Both the position numbers and the translations under genes were made by a program. The notes under the pieces are model-generated. The model saw only the letters and a program-made list of their open reading frames with translations, was not told the DNA's origin and ran no database searches. This document shows positions 19,911 through 32,082 of a DNA stretch of 64,000 nucleotides, one piece after another. Numbering within the stretch: the stretch's first letter is position 1; the number at the start of each line of letters is the position of its first letter. Source of the stretch: an uncultured Spirochaetota bacterium (GTDB lineage: Bacteria; Spirochaetota; Spirochaetia; SZUA-6; CAVTHK01); contig CAVTHK010000001.1 in assembly GCA_963734495.1 (NCBI GenBank), positions 544,001 to 608,000 of the forward strand, in the 5' to 3' direction.

Positions 19911-21080
19911 ATGAAGGACCACGGCGGCAGACTCCTCGTCTCCCGCAAGACCTATCCCGCGAACACGGTCCTTTGCCACGAAGGTGAGATCTGCGACCGG
20001 ATCTACCTCCTGCTGCGCGGATCCATGCAGCTCGTCGCACAGGACAAGGTCATCCGCACCATCGAGGAGCCCGGCAGCTTCGTAGGCGAGCTTACGCCCC
20101 TCTTCAACCAGCCTCGGGCCACGACTCTCGTGACGCGCGAGGAATGCGAGTGCATCGAAATCCCCGCCTCGTACCTCGAGGACCTGCTCGCGCAGAGCCC
20201 TGAGGAGGGCGCCAACCTCCTCGGGATCCTGGCCGAACGGCTGCTGCGCAAGTCGGACGCGTTCCACAGGCTCGAAAAGGAGCTCGTCGGCGTCCGCCGG
20301 CCCGAAGAAGAGCCCCTCGCGGCGGCCCGCACGGCCGAGCTGCGGCGCGTGATCCTCGTCGCGGCCGAGCCGAACCTGCTCGAGCCGCTGAACTACCATC
20401 TCGTCCCGGTCGGGTATCACGTGGAGCACATGAGCGACCCGGTCGCCGTGATGCGCGACCTCGAGGAGCTCGACCCGGACATGATCATCTTCGACGGGGC
20501 AGACTACCCGCGCCAGTGGAAGCCGCTGCTGAAGCTCCTGCGGGGGCAGTGGGACCCCGAGGAGAGCGTCTTTATCCTCATCACGCCCGACGATTTCCCG
20601 TTCGAAGAGGCCGCCAAGGCGGCCTACCTGGGCGTGAACGCCCTGATGCCGGCCCAGGTCCTGTCGGAGCATGTCGTCTACAGGCTCGAAGAGCTGCTCA
20701 AGCGGTACAAGAGCATCGTGGACAAGCGCAAGTCGCCCCGCATCTCGCCCAACGAAACGGAGAGGTTCGAGCTGCTGTTCACCCACCCGGACAGGCTCGA
20801 GCTCATCGGCGGGGTTATCGGGGACGTCTCTCTCGACGGGACCCGCTTCTTTCCCTGGGACGCCGCGCTGACGCGCGACCTGAGGGTCGACCAGAGGATC
20901 CGGGGATGCTCGCTGCGGATCGGCTCGGAGATCGTCACCGTCAACTGCCGCGTGGTCCGCAACGGCCACGACCTTGGGCTGGAGTTCGAGTCGTTCGAAG
21001 CGAACGGGGACCAGACCCTCTTCCAGTATCTCGTCGAGCGGCCTGACAGGGAGCTGCGCCTCGTCACCGGCCGGACGTAG
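19911..21080 (+). CDS. cNMP-binding + receiver-like + PilZ domain protein
   Basis: FVGELTPLFNQPRATT (cNMP); PDMIIFD (REC-like); KRKSPR (RxxxR) and DVSLDG (DxSxxG) PilZ motifs. Confidence 0.8.
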   Translation: MKDHGGRLLVSRKTYPANTVLCHEGEICDRIYLLLRGSMQLVAQDKVIRTIEEPGSFVGELTPLFNQPRATTLVTREECECIEIPASYLEDLLAQSPEEGANLLGILAERLLRKSDAFHRLEKELVGVRRPEEEPLAAARTAELRRVILVAAEPNLLEPLNYHLVPVGYHVEHMSDPVAVMRDLEELDPDMIIFDGADYPRQWKPLLKLLRGQWDPEESVFILITPDDFPFEEAAKAAYLGVNALMPAQVLSEHVVYRLEELLKRYKSIVDKRKSPRISPNETERFELLFTHPDRLELIGGVIGDVSLDGTRFFPWDAALTRDLRVDQRIRGCSLRIGSEIVTVNCRVVRNGHDLGLEFESFEANGDQTLFQYLVERPDRELRLVTGRT

Positions 21081-21097
21081 GGCCGCGGCCCGGGCAA

Positions 21098-22336
21098 TCA
21101 ATTCTCCGCGTCGGGATACTTCTCGTAGATCTGCTTGATGTGGCCGTAGGCCTCGAAGAAGATTTCGACGAGTGAAGGATCGAGCTTCTTGCCCGACATC
21201 ATCCTCATCTCCTGCAGGACCTTCTCTTCGGGCCAGGCCTCCTTGTAGACCCGCCGGCAGCTGAGGGCGTCGAAGACGTCGGCGACCGCCACGACCCGGC
21301 CGAAGATGGGGATCTCCTCGCCCCGGGGCCTGGCGAGCTCGCCGTTCCCGCCTTTCGCGCGCGGCTGGCCGGTCTCCACGTCCACGAGGCCCGGGTAGCC
21401 GGTGCCGTCCCAGTTCTCGTGATGCGTCATCGCCACCTGCAGCGCCACCTCGTCGAGCTCGGACTGCTTGGGCAGGAACAGCCGCGCGCCGCAGTAGGTA
21501 TGGGTCTTCATGATCTCGTACTCTTTGTCGTCGAAGCGGCCGGGCTTCTTCAGGATGAGGTCCGAGATCGCGACCTTGCCCACGTCGTGCAGCATCGCCG
21601 CCATGCGGAGCAGGTCCCTGTCGCGGTCGATCTGCCTTCGCTCCATGCCCTGCTTCATCGCCCAGCGCTCGTAGATCTCGACCGCGATGGCGGCCACGCG
21701 GTTGACGTGCGGGCCCGTCTCCTTGGGGTCCCGCAGCTCGGCCATGCTGATCATGCGCAGCAGGAGCTGGCGCATGAGCTGGGCCCGCTGCAGGGCCTGG
21801 CTCGCCACGTTGGCGAAATGCCCCACCAGGAGCTCGTCGTTCTTGTTGAAGGCGACTACCCGGCCGCCGGCGTCCATGGCGTTGATGACCTGGATGACGC
21901 CGACGACCTCCTCGACGTCGGTCATCAGCACCAGCGGGATGGTCAGCATGGACGTCGTCTTGTAGTTGGCCTTGTGATCGAACTCAGCGTTGAAGTGATA
22001 GGGGGCGTCCGACGGGATTTCGTAGACGTCCGGGATGTTCAGGATCTTCTTCGTGGTCGCGACGTACCCGCTGATCGAGTTCCTGTCGATGGTCATCTTG
22101 AAGAAGGAGTACGGCAGCTTCTCGCCGGGCGGCAGCTCCTTCTCCTTGGTGTCGTTCTGCGCGTAGGCAAAGAGCAGCTCGTCGCCGCGTTTCAGATAGA
22201 TGGTCCCGCTGTCGGCGAGGGTGAACTGGCGCGCCTCGAACAGGATCCTCTCGAGCAGCAGGTCGAGGTCCTGGATGCTCTGCAGGCTCGTCCCGAGCCC
22301 AATGATCTTCCTGAGCTTGTCGACTTCCCTGGCCAT
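21098..22336 (-). CDS. GAF + HD-GYP c-di-GMP phosphodiesterase
   Basis: GAF (SISGYVA...NIPDVY...YKTTSMLTIP...QVIN); RDPKETGPHVNRVA, HDVGK, HHENWDGTGYP, VADVFDAL. Confidence 0.9.
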   Translation of the reverse strand: MAREVDKLRKIIGLGTSLQSIQDLDLLLERILFEARQFTLADSGTIYLKRGDELLFAYAQNDTKEKELPPGEKLPYSFFKMTIDRNSISGYVATTKKILNIPDVYEIPSDAPYHFNAEFDHKANYKTTSMLTIPLVLMTDVEEVVGVIQVINAMDAGGRVVAFNKNDELLVGHFANVASQALQRAQLMRQLLLRMISMAELRDPKETGPHVNRVAAIAVEIYERWAMKQGMERRQIDRDRDLLRMAAMLHDVGKVAISDLILKKPGRFDDKEYEIMKTHTYCGARLFLPKQSELDEVALQVAMTHHENWDGTGYPGLVDVETGQPRAKGGNGELARPRGEEIPIFGRVVAVADVFDALSCRRVYKEAWPEEKVLQEMRMMSGKKLDPSLVEIFFEAYGHIKQIYEKYPDAEN

Positions 22337-22500
22337 GAAACCGGCTTGAACCGCCCCCGCCCGTAACTGTCTCTCACAGTATCGGCGGCCCTGTGCTTTC
22401 GTTTCAGTCAGAATACGGCTTTTCGGCAGGGAAGCCAAGGGTCAGGGAGGACCCCCGAAGGCTCCGAGCGTCAGCGAGGAGGTGGCCCGGCGCAGCCAGG

Positions 22501-23466
22501 CTACCAGCGGATCAGGTTCGCGCCCCAGGTCAGCCCGCCACCGAAGCCGATGGTCAGGATCAGGTCGCCCTGCCGCAGGAGCCCGGAGGCTGACATCTCG
22601 TCGAGGGCGATGGGGATCGACGCTGCCGAAGTGTTCGCCACTCGGTCCATGTTGATGTAGAAGAGCCCTTCGGGGGCGCCGAGCCTCTTGGCCGCGGCCT
22701 TGATGATGCGGACGTTGGCCTGGTGAGGCACGATCGCCTTGAAATCGGAGAGCGAGACCCCGTACGTCCCGGAGATCTCGTCGATCAGCTCCGTCATCAC
22801 GCGCAAGGCGAAATTGTAGACGATCCGTCCGTCCATCCGGAGGCAGGCCCGGCCCTCCCCCTCGACCGTTTCGATCTTGAGCGCGTCCACCCCGGCCCCG
22901 TCGCTGCGGATGATCGAGCCGATGACCCCTCGCTCGGCCGCGCCCTCCCCGTAAGCGCCCGCCGAAAGCAGGGTCGCGCCGGCGCCGTCCCCGAACAGGA
23001 CGCAGGTGGCGCGGTCGCTCCAGTCGAGCACGCGGCTCATGACTTCGGTGCCGACCACCAGAACGTGACGGGCCATCCCCGACTCGACGAACGCGGATGC
23101 AGTGGCCAGGGCGTACACGTACCCGGTGCACGCAGCCGTCATGTCGAAGGCCGCCGCCCTCTTCGCACCGAGGCGGTCCTGTATCAGGCAGGCGGTCGAG
23201 GGGAAGCCCTGGAAATCGCCCGTGGAAGTCGCTACGAGGACCAGGTCGAGGTCTGCCGGGTCCAGATTGCCCTTGGCGAGCGCCGCCTGGGCGGCCTGGA
23301 GGCCGATGTCCGACGCCTTCTCTCCGTCTGCGGCGATGTGCCTGAACTTGATGCCGGTGTGGGAAACGATCCACTCGTCGGTCGTGTCGAGGGAACGGGA
23401 GAACTCGTCGTTTGCCATGCGACGGGCCGGCAGATACGAGCCTGAGCCCGAGATTACCGCCCGCAC
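22501..23466 (-). CDS. fabH: 3-oxoacyl-ACP synthase III
   Basis: DTTDEWI, AACTG, VLFGDGAGA, PHQAN, NTSAAS, GFGGGLTW. Confidence 0.95.
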   Translation of the reverse strand: MRAVISGSGSYLPARRMANDEFSRSLDTTDEWIVSHTGIKFRHIAADGEKASDIGLQAAQAALAKGNLDPADLDLVLVATSTGDFQGFPSTACLIQDRLGAKRAAAFDMTAACTGYVYALATASAFVESGMARHVLVVGTEVMSRVLDWSDRATCVLFGDGAGATLLSAGAYGEGAAERGVIGSIIRSDGAGVDALKIETVEGEGRACLRMDGRIVYNFALRVMTELIDEISGTYGVSLSDFKAIVPHQANVRIIKAAAKRLGAPEGLFYINMDRVANTSAASIPIALDEMSASGLLRQGDLILTIGFGGGLTWGANLIRW

Positions 23467-23490
23467 AGCGTGCTCTTCATAAAGCGACCC

Positions 23491-23642
23491 ACTGTAGCGA
23501 CTGGAAACGAGCATGGTCAAGCGAGCGCGGGCCCCACGGGGGCGCGAGAGGGCCCTGCCCGAGCGGCGAGTCCCATACGCCGGGGTATGTCAAGCCGATT
23601 TGGGGGGCGCGATTGACCTTTTTCGAGCCCTCGTGCTACTCT
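23491..23642. promoter_or_regulatory. Divergent fabH / fabD promoter region
   Basis: Minus strand TTGACC (23515-23520), 18 bp, TACAGT (23491-23496); plus strand TTGACC (23613-23618), 18 bp, TACTCT (23637-23642) with extended TG. Confidence 0.5.
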
Positions 23643-23673
23643 CCGGAGCCATATCCGGAAAAAAGAGGCCGCC

Positions 23674-24603
23674 GTGAAGACAGCTTTCCTGTTCCCAGGC
23701 CAGGGAGCTCAATATCCCGGCATGGGCAAGGATCTTTGGGAGACCAGTGCTTCGGTCAAGGAGCTGTTCCAGCTCGCTTCCGATACCACCGGTCTCGACC
23801 TGGCCAGGCTCATCTTCGAGGGAACCGAAGAGGAGCTCAAGGCCACGGACAAGCAGCAGGTGGCGATCACCGTGGTCAACCTCGCGGCCGCGGCGATCCT
23901 CAGAGAGCACGCCATCCGGCCGGACGCGGTCGCCGGGTTCAGCCTCGGCGAGTTCTCTGCGCTATGCGAAGCCGGAGTCGTCTCGCTCAAGGACGCGATC
24001 CGAATCGTGCGTGCCAGGGGCGAGATCTTTGAGCGCGTGAGCCGAAGCCTCGACTCGCCTTCGGGCAGCCCCGGCATGGCCGCGGTAGTGGGCCTGGAGT
24101 TCGACAAGCTGACCGGGGTCCTCAAGGGAATCGAAGGCGTCTATCCCGCCAACTACAACGGCCCGACCCAGATCGCGATCTCGGGCACGGCGAAGGGCCT
24201 GGACGCGGCCGAGGCGGCACTCAAGGCGGCAGGCGCCCGGCGTTTCATCAGGCTCAAGGTCTCAGGCCCGTTCCACTCGCCGCTGCTCGCGGAGGCGCGG
24301 ACCGCCTTCGGGGCCTTCCTGGAGACGATCTCCTTTGCCGACCCGAAGATCCCTCTGTATCAGAACGTGACGGGAAAGCGGACCGTCTCGGCGGTCGAGG
24401 CGAAGAAGCTCAGCGTCGAGCAGGTCGTGTCGACCGTGCGGTGGGTCGACCTGGAGCGCAGCTTGATCGCCGAAGGTATCGAGCGCTTCATCGAAGTCGG
24501 CCCCGGCACGGTGCTGGCGGGCCTCCTCAAGGGAGTGGCGGACAACCGGCCCTGCCTCGCGGCAGGCAAGATAGAGCAGATCAACGCGATCATAGGGGGA
24601 TGA
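23674..24603 (+). CDS. fabD: Malonyl-CoA:ACP transacylase
   Basis: FPGQGAQ, GFSLGE, VSGPFHS, VRW, EVGPG. Confidence 0.95.
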   Translation: MKTAFLFPGQGAQYPGMGKDLWETSASVKELFQLASDTTGLDLARLIFEGTEEELKATDKQQVAITVVNLAAAAILREHAIRPDAVAGFSLGEFSALCEAGVVSLKDAIRIVRARGEIFERVSRSLDSPSGSPGMAAVVGLEFDKLTGVLKGIEGVYPANYNGPTQIAISGTAKGLDAAEAALKAAGARRFIRLKVSGPFHSPLLAEARTAFGAFLETISFADPKIPLYQNVTGKRTVSAVEAKKLSVEQVVSTVRWVDLERSLIAEGIERFIEVGPGTVLAGLLKGVADNRPCLAAGKIEQINAIIGG

Positions 24604-25352
24604 GCTCAAGCATGTTGCTTTCAGGCAAGAGAGCGGTAGTCACGGGCGGGGCGCGTGGCATCGGCCGGTGCATCACCGAGGCCTTCCTGCGCGAGGGCGC
24701 GTCGGTCGTCTTCTTCGACATAGCGCCGAGCGACGCCATGGCCGAGATGGAGAGCCTGGCCAAGGCCAACGGCGTGAGCGTCGCCTACAAGAAGTGCGAC
24801 GTCTCCAGCGAGGAAGACGTCAACCGGGTCGTCAAGGAGACGCTCGAAGAGGGCAACGTCGACATCCTGGTCAACAACGCGGGCATCACGCGCGACGGCC
24901 TGATCTTCCGCATGAAGGCGGAGGACTGGAAAAAGGTCATCGACATCAACCTCACCAGCGCGTTTCTCGTCTCCAAGCATATCTCGATGGCCATGATGAA
25001 GCAGCGCTCGGGCTCCATCATCAACATCGCTTCCGTGGTCGGCATCGGCGGGAACGCGGGCCAGACCAACTACTCGGCCTCCAAGGCGGGCCTGATCGGC
25101 TTTACCAAGAGCCTCGCCAAGGAGGTCGGGGCACGTGGAGTGCGGGTCAACGCGGTCGCGCCCGGCTACATAATCACCGACATGACGGCGAAGCTCCCCG
25201 AAGAGGCACGCAACGCCTTTCTCACCGTGATCCCCATGGGCCGCGGCGGCACGCCCGAAGAGGTGGCCAAAGTGGTCCTGTTCCTCGCCTCGGACCTGGC
25301 CTCGTACGTGACCGCAAGGGTCGTCCAGGTCGACGGCGGCATGAGCATCTGA
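24600..25352 (+). CDS. fabG: 3-oxoacyl-ACP reductase
   Basis: TGGARGIG, NNAGITRD, GNAGQTNYSASKAG, VDGGM; ATGA overlap with fabD. Confidence 0.95.
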   Translation: MSSSMLLSGKRAVVTGGARGIGRCITEAFLREGASVVFFDIAPSDAMAEMESLAKANGVSVAYKKCDVSSEEDVNRVVKETLEEGNVDILVNNAGITRDGLIFRMKAEDWKKVIDINLTSAFLVSKHISMAMMKQRSGSIINIASVVGIGGNAGQTNYSASKAGLIGFTKSLAKEVGARGVRVNAVAPGYIITDMTAKLPEEARNAFLTVIPMGRGGTPEEVAKVVLFLASDLASYVTARVVQVDGGMSI

Positions 25353-25395
25353 ATCAGCCCCCCGGGTACGTGGGGCCTCAAGAGAGGGAGGCAGA

Positions 25396-26649
25396 ATGTC
25401 GCGCAAGATAGTCATCACGGGAATCGGCACGGTCAACCCGCTGGGCAACGACGTTGCTACGACCTGGGCAAAGGTCAAGAACGGTGAAAACGGCATCGGC
25501 CCGATCACGAAGTTCGACATGACCAGCTTGTTTTCCGGCTTCTCGACCAAGATCGCCGGCGAAGTGCGCGGCCTCGACATGTCGAAGTACGCCGAGAAGA
25601 AGGAAGTCCGCCGCATGGACGCCTTTATCCAGTTCGCCATGGCTGCGTCGGTGCAGGCCATGGAGGACGCCGGCCTCAAGGACGGCGGCTACGACCCCGA
25701 ACGCACCAGCGTGATCTTCGGCAACGGCATCGGCGGCATCGAGACCCTCGAGAACAACATCGTCGGCCTGCACAACAAGGGCATCAACGCGGTCCACCCG
25801 CTGCTGGTGCCCAAGATGATCATCAACGAAGCCCCGGGCATGGTCGCGATCCGCTTCAACGCCCAGGGCCCGAGCTACGGCGTCGTGACCGCCTGCTCGT
25901 CGGCCACCGATGCGATCGGCATATGCATGAACCTGATCCAGAAGGGCTGGATCGACGTGGCGATCACCGGCGGCACGGAGGCGCCGATCACGCCGCTGGG
26001 CGTCGGAGGCTTCTGCGTGCTGCAGGCGGTGAGCGGGCGCAACGACGACCCCGAGCACGCCAGCCGGCCCTTCGACAAGGACCGCGACGGTTTCGTCATC
26101 TCCGAAGGCTCCGGCGTGATCGTGATCGAGGCCGAGGAGCACGCGAAGAAGCGCGGGGCGAAGATCTACTGCGAGATGGCCGGCTACGGCTCCACCTGCG
26201 ACGCCCACCACATCACGGCGCCCCACCCCGACGGCATCGGCGCCGTCAGGGCCATGAAGCTCGCGGTGCAGGAGGCCGGACTGAAGCTCGAGGACATCGA
26301 CTACATCAACGCCCACGGCACCTCGACCCCGATCAACGACCCGATCGAGACCAAGGCGGTCAAGACGCTCTTTGGCGAGCACGCGTACAAGCTCAAGATG
26401 TCGTCGACCAAAAGCATGCACGGCCACCTCCTCGGCGCCGCGGGGGGCATCGAGGCGGTGCTCTGCGCCCTTGCGATCAAGGAGCAGGTCTTCCCGCCGA
26501 CGCGCAACCTCGTGGAAAAGGACCCCGAGTGCGACCTGGACTACGTGCCCGGCAAGGCCGTGCCCGGCAGGATCCGCGCCGCGCTCTCGAACTCCCTCGG
26601 TTTCGGCGGCCACAACGGAGTGCTCTGCTTCAAGGAGTACAAGGCATAG
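25396..26649 (+). CDS. fabF: 3-oxoacyl-ACP synthase II
   Basis: TACSS, ASRPFDKDRDGF, NAHGTST, GHLLGAAG, SNSLGFGGHN. Confidence 0.95.
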   Translation: MSRKIVITGIGTVNPLGNDVATTWAKVKNGENGIGPITKFDMTSLFSGFSTKIAGEVRGLDMSKYAEKKEVRRMDAFIQFAMAASVQAMEDAGLKDGGYDPERTSVIFGNGIGGIETLENNIVGLHNKGINAVHPLLVPKMIINEAPGMVAIRFNAQGPSYGVVTACSSATDAIGICMNLIQKGWIDVAITGGTEAPITPLGVGGFCVLQAVSGRNDDPEHASRPFDKDRDGFVISEGSGVIVIEAEEHAKKRGAKIYCEMAGYGSTCDAHHITAPHPDGIGAVRAMKLAVQEAGLKLEDIDYINAHGTSTPINDPIETKAVKTLFGEHAYKLKMSSTKSMHGHLLGAAGGIEAVLCALAIKEQVFPPTRNLVEKDPECDLDYVPGKAVPGRIRAALSNSLGFGGHNGVLCFKEYKA

Positions 26650-26668
26650 GCCGCGCGCGCGACTCGCG

Positions 26669-26695
26669 AGCCCTCCCCCGCGGGAGGGCTTTTTT
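26669..26695 (+). terminator. Rho-independent terminator after fabF
   Basis: AGCCCTCCC-ccgc-GGGAGGGCT stem-loop followed by a T tract. Confidence 0.85.
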
Positions 26696-26735
26696 GTCGG
26701 CCGCGCGAGACGGCACCTCTCGAAAGGGCCCGGCG

Positions 26736-27977
26736 ATGAGCAGGTACTGGATAGGCACACAGATATTCCTCGGACAGGCGGAACGCGCGGAGCTCACGAA
26801 GACCTCGGTTCGCGACGCGGTGCGCAGGGCCAGGGAGCTCGCGGGGCTGGACGGGCTCATCATCGCGGCGGGGTCCCACCCGGCGCAGACGGCGGACATC
26901 GCCGCAGAGGCGCGCGCCTGCGGGGTGGAGAGCTATCTCTGGTTCCCGGTCCTCGCCGATGTGCCGGGCGTTCCGGCCCGCGCGGAGGACCTGGTGGTCT
27001 GCGCGGACGGCGCCCGCGGCAACGGGCGAAGCGGGGCGTGGGAAGGGCTCGCGGGAGGAGACGAGGAGTTCGCATTCTCCTGCCCGAACAACGCCGCGTC
27101 CGTGGACCGCGCCTTCGAGGCATACACCCGGCTCATCGATCGGACCGGCGTCACTGGAGTGATGCTGGACCGCATCCGCTTCCCGTCGCCGGCCAACGGT
27201 TTCGAGGCCCTCTTTACGTGCTTCTGCGGCTTCTGCGCTGCCCGGTATCAAGCGGAGACCGGGCGCCCGCTGGGGCGGGAACGCGAGCGCGCCACGGGCT
27301 TTCTGTCGCGCCTCGCGACGCTCACGGCGTCGAGCCTCGGCGCGGAGTGGAGCGAGATCGACGACCTCTGGACAGCGGCCGGCCTGACCGACCTCGCCCG
27401 CTTCCGCCGGCGGTCCGTGGTGGATGCCGTCCGCCGGTTTGCGCAAGCCGCGCGCTCACGCGGCCTCAAAGTCGGGCTCGACCTCTTCTCGCCTTCCATG
27501 GCGGGACTCGTGAGCCAGGACTACCGCGCGCTCGCGGGCCTCGCGGACTGGATCAAGCCGATGATCTACCGGCTTGCCGCGGGTCCGGCCGGCCTTCCCC
27601 TCGAGCTTGCCAGCCTGACGCGGGCGCTGTCGGCCCTCTGCCTGGGGCTGGGGGATGCCGGGGCGTGCAGGCTGGTCGGCGCTGCCACGGGCTGGGACAT
27701 CCCCGAAAGCTCCGCCGAGCTCCTCGCACACGGCCTGCCCGAGAGCGTCATCGCCTCCGAGCTGGGCCGCATCCGCTCGCTGGGCCTTTCCGGAACAGCC
27801 GTGTACGCGGGGATAGAGGCCGTGAGCATTCCCGCTTTCCACATCGACGTCACGCGAGAGGTGCTCGAGCGGTCGCTCTCCTGCCTGGGCGAGCCCGCCA
27901 CCGGGCTCATCGCGTCGTGGAACCTCCTGCGCATCCCGGAGGAAAACCTGCGCCTGATCGGCGCGCTCAACGCCTGA
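26736..27977 (+). CDS. Hypothetical protein, possibly a glycoside-hydrolase-like TIM barrel
   Basis: FSCPNN, GVMLDRIRF, CFCGFC and DWIKPMIY resemble GH-like TIM-barrel proteins; GC3-rich frame. Confidence 0.55.
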   Translation: MSRYWIGTQIFLGQAERAELTKTSVRDAVRRARELAGLDGLIIAAGSHPAQTADIAAEARACGVESYLWFPVLADVPGVPARAEDLVVCADGARGNGRSGAWEGLAGGDEEFAFSCPNNAASVDRAFEAYTRLIDRTGVTGVMLDRIRFPSPANGFEALFTCFCGFCAARYQAETGRPLGRERERATGFLSRLATLTASSLGAEWSEIDDLWTAAGLTDLARFRRRSVVDAVRRFAQAARSRGLKVGLDLFSPSMAGLVSQDYRALAGLADWIKPMIYRLAAGPAGLPLELASLTRALSALCLGLGDAGACRLVGAATGWDIPESSAELLAHGLPESVIASELGRIRSLGLSGTAVYAGIEAVSIPAFHIDVTREVLERSLSCLGEPATGLIASWNLLRIPEENLRLIGALNA

Positions 27978-27999
27978 CGCCTTCGCCGCGCGCAGCCGG

Positions 28000-30978
<2,979 letters not shown>

Positions 30979-31010
30979 AGAGCGGGCCGCTCCGGGTCGA
31001 CGGCAGGGAG

Positions 31011-31094
31011 TGCCGACGAAGGGACTCGAACCCTTACGGCCTTGCGGCCGCCAGATTTTGAGTCTGACACGTCTACCAGTTTCGTCACGTCGGC
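31011..31094 (-). tRNA. tRNA-Leu (CAA), CCA not encoded
   Basis: Reverse complement GCCGACG...TGGTAGAC...CT-CAA-AA...long variable arm GGCCGCAAGGCC...GGTTCGAGTCC...CGTCGGC-A; TTGACA box at 31128-31133. Confidence 0.95.
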
Positions 31095-31234
31095 GTGATT
31101 CTCACGGTAGCGGGAGTCCCCTGCCGCTGTCAACGCGCGCGGTCAGTGCGGTCAATGCGCGGGCTCTCCGCTGGGGCTGCGCCGCTCCGCGGGAACCGCT
31201 CGGCCGGGCGGGGCGGCGCAGACACCGCCCCGTC

Positions 31235-31924
31235 TCACGCGGGCCCGATCACCGTCCCGACGAACGGCTCGCTGCGCAGAATCTTCGCGAAGTTGGGGAG
31301 GTCGGCGCCCGAAGCGAAGACGACCCGGATGCGCGCCGCTGCGGCGCGGCGGGCGGCGACGGGGTCGAAGGGGCTGTTCTTGCCGGGCGTCCACTCGTCG
31401 CCGACGATCGCCCGGAAGGCGGTCCACGACACCCGCTCGAGCGGCCGCGCCGAGGGGTCGATCTTGGGATCCGCGGTGTACACTTGGGCGATGTTCGAGA
31501 GGTTGATGAGGTCGGCTGCCGCGAACCTCTCGGCGAGGATGACGGCGTCGTTGTCGGTGGAGAAGCCGGGCTTCCATCCGGCGCCCACGAGCACGCGGCC
31601 GCGGAACGAATCGACCGCGCTCGGGTCGGTGACGACGGCGTCCTCGCACCAGCGGGCGAGGAGCTGCCGCACCAGCTCGGCGTTGACGCGGGTGGCGGCC
31701 ACGCCGATCCAGTCCTGCGCGTCCACCGAAGGGGAAGGGGCGATGTCGCGGTAGGCCTTCTGGTACGACCGCGCGAGCATCCCGCCGCCGCAGACGACCA
31801 CGGCGCGGTTCGACGCGTCGCGGCCGACGTAGTCATCCACGACCCGCACGAACCCGCGGACGAATGCCGTGTCCACCCCGTCCGGGGCGATCAGCGAGCC
31901 GCCCACCGAGATGACTGTGGTCAC
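31235..31924 (-). CDS. pyrH: UMP kinase (archaeal/spirochaetal type)
   Basis: ISVGGSL, VCGGG..AR.YQ, DWIGVAATRVNA, PGFSTD, YTADPK, PFDPVA, GTVI. Confidence 0.9.
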   Translation of the reverse strand: MTTVISVGGSLIAPDGVDTAFVRGFVRVVDDYVGRDASNRAVVVCGGGMLARSYQKAYRDIAPSPSVDAQDWIGVAATRVNAELVRQLLARWCEDAVVTDPSAVDSFRGRVLVGAGWKPGFSTDNDAVILAERFAAADLINLSNIAQVYTADPKIDPSARPLERVSWTAFRAIVGDEWTPGKNSPFDPVAARRAAAARIRVVFASGADLPNFAKILRSEPFVGTVIGPA

Positions 31925-32082
31925 GGCGAGATGATAGCCGAACGCCGGCGCGAGGCACAAGGAGGGCGCGGCAGCGGGCGGAATGATCCGCGCGCGCCAC
32001 GGCCCGGACGCGACCGGCGCCTCCTTTCCTTGGACCGCGGGCGAGCGCTATACTTTCGCTCATCGACAAGGAAGAGCACGCT

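Noticed and set aside
31011-31094. tRNA-Leu as an integration site for an island
   Set aside because: No integrase nearby and no duplicated tRNA 3' end seen; flanks are housekeeping genes
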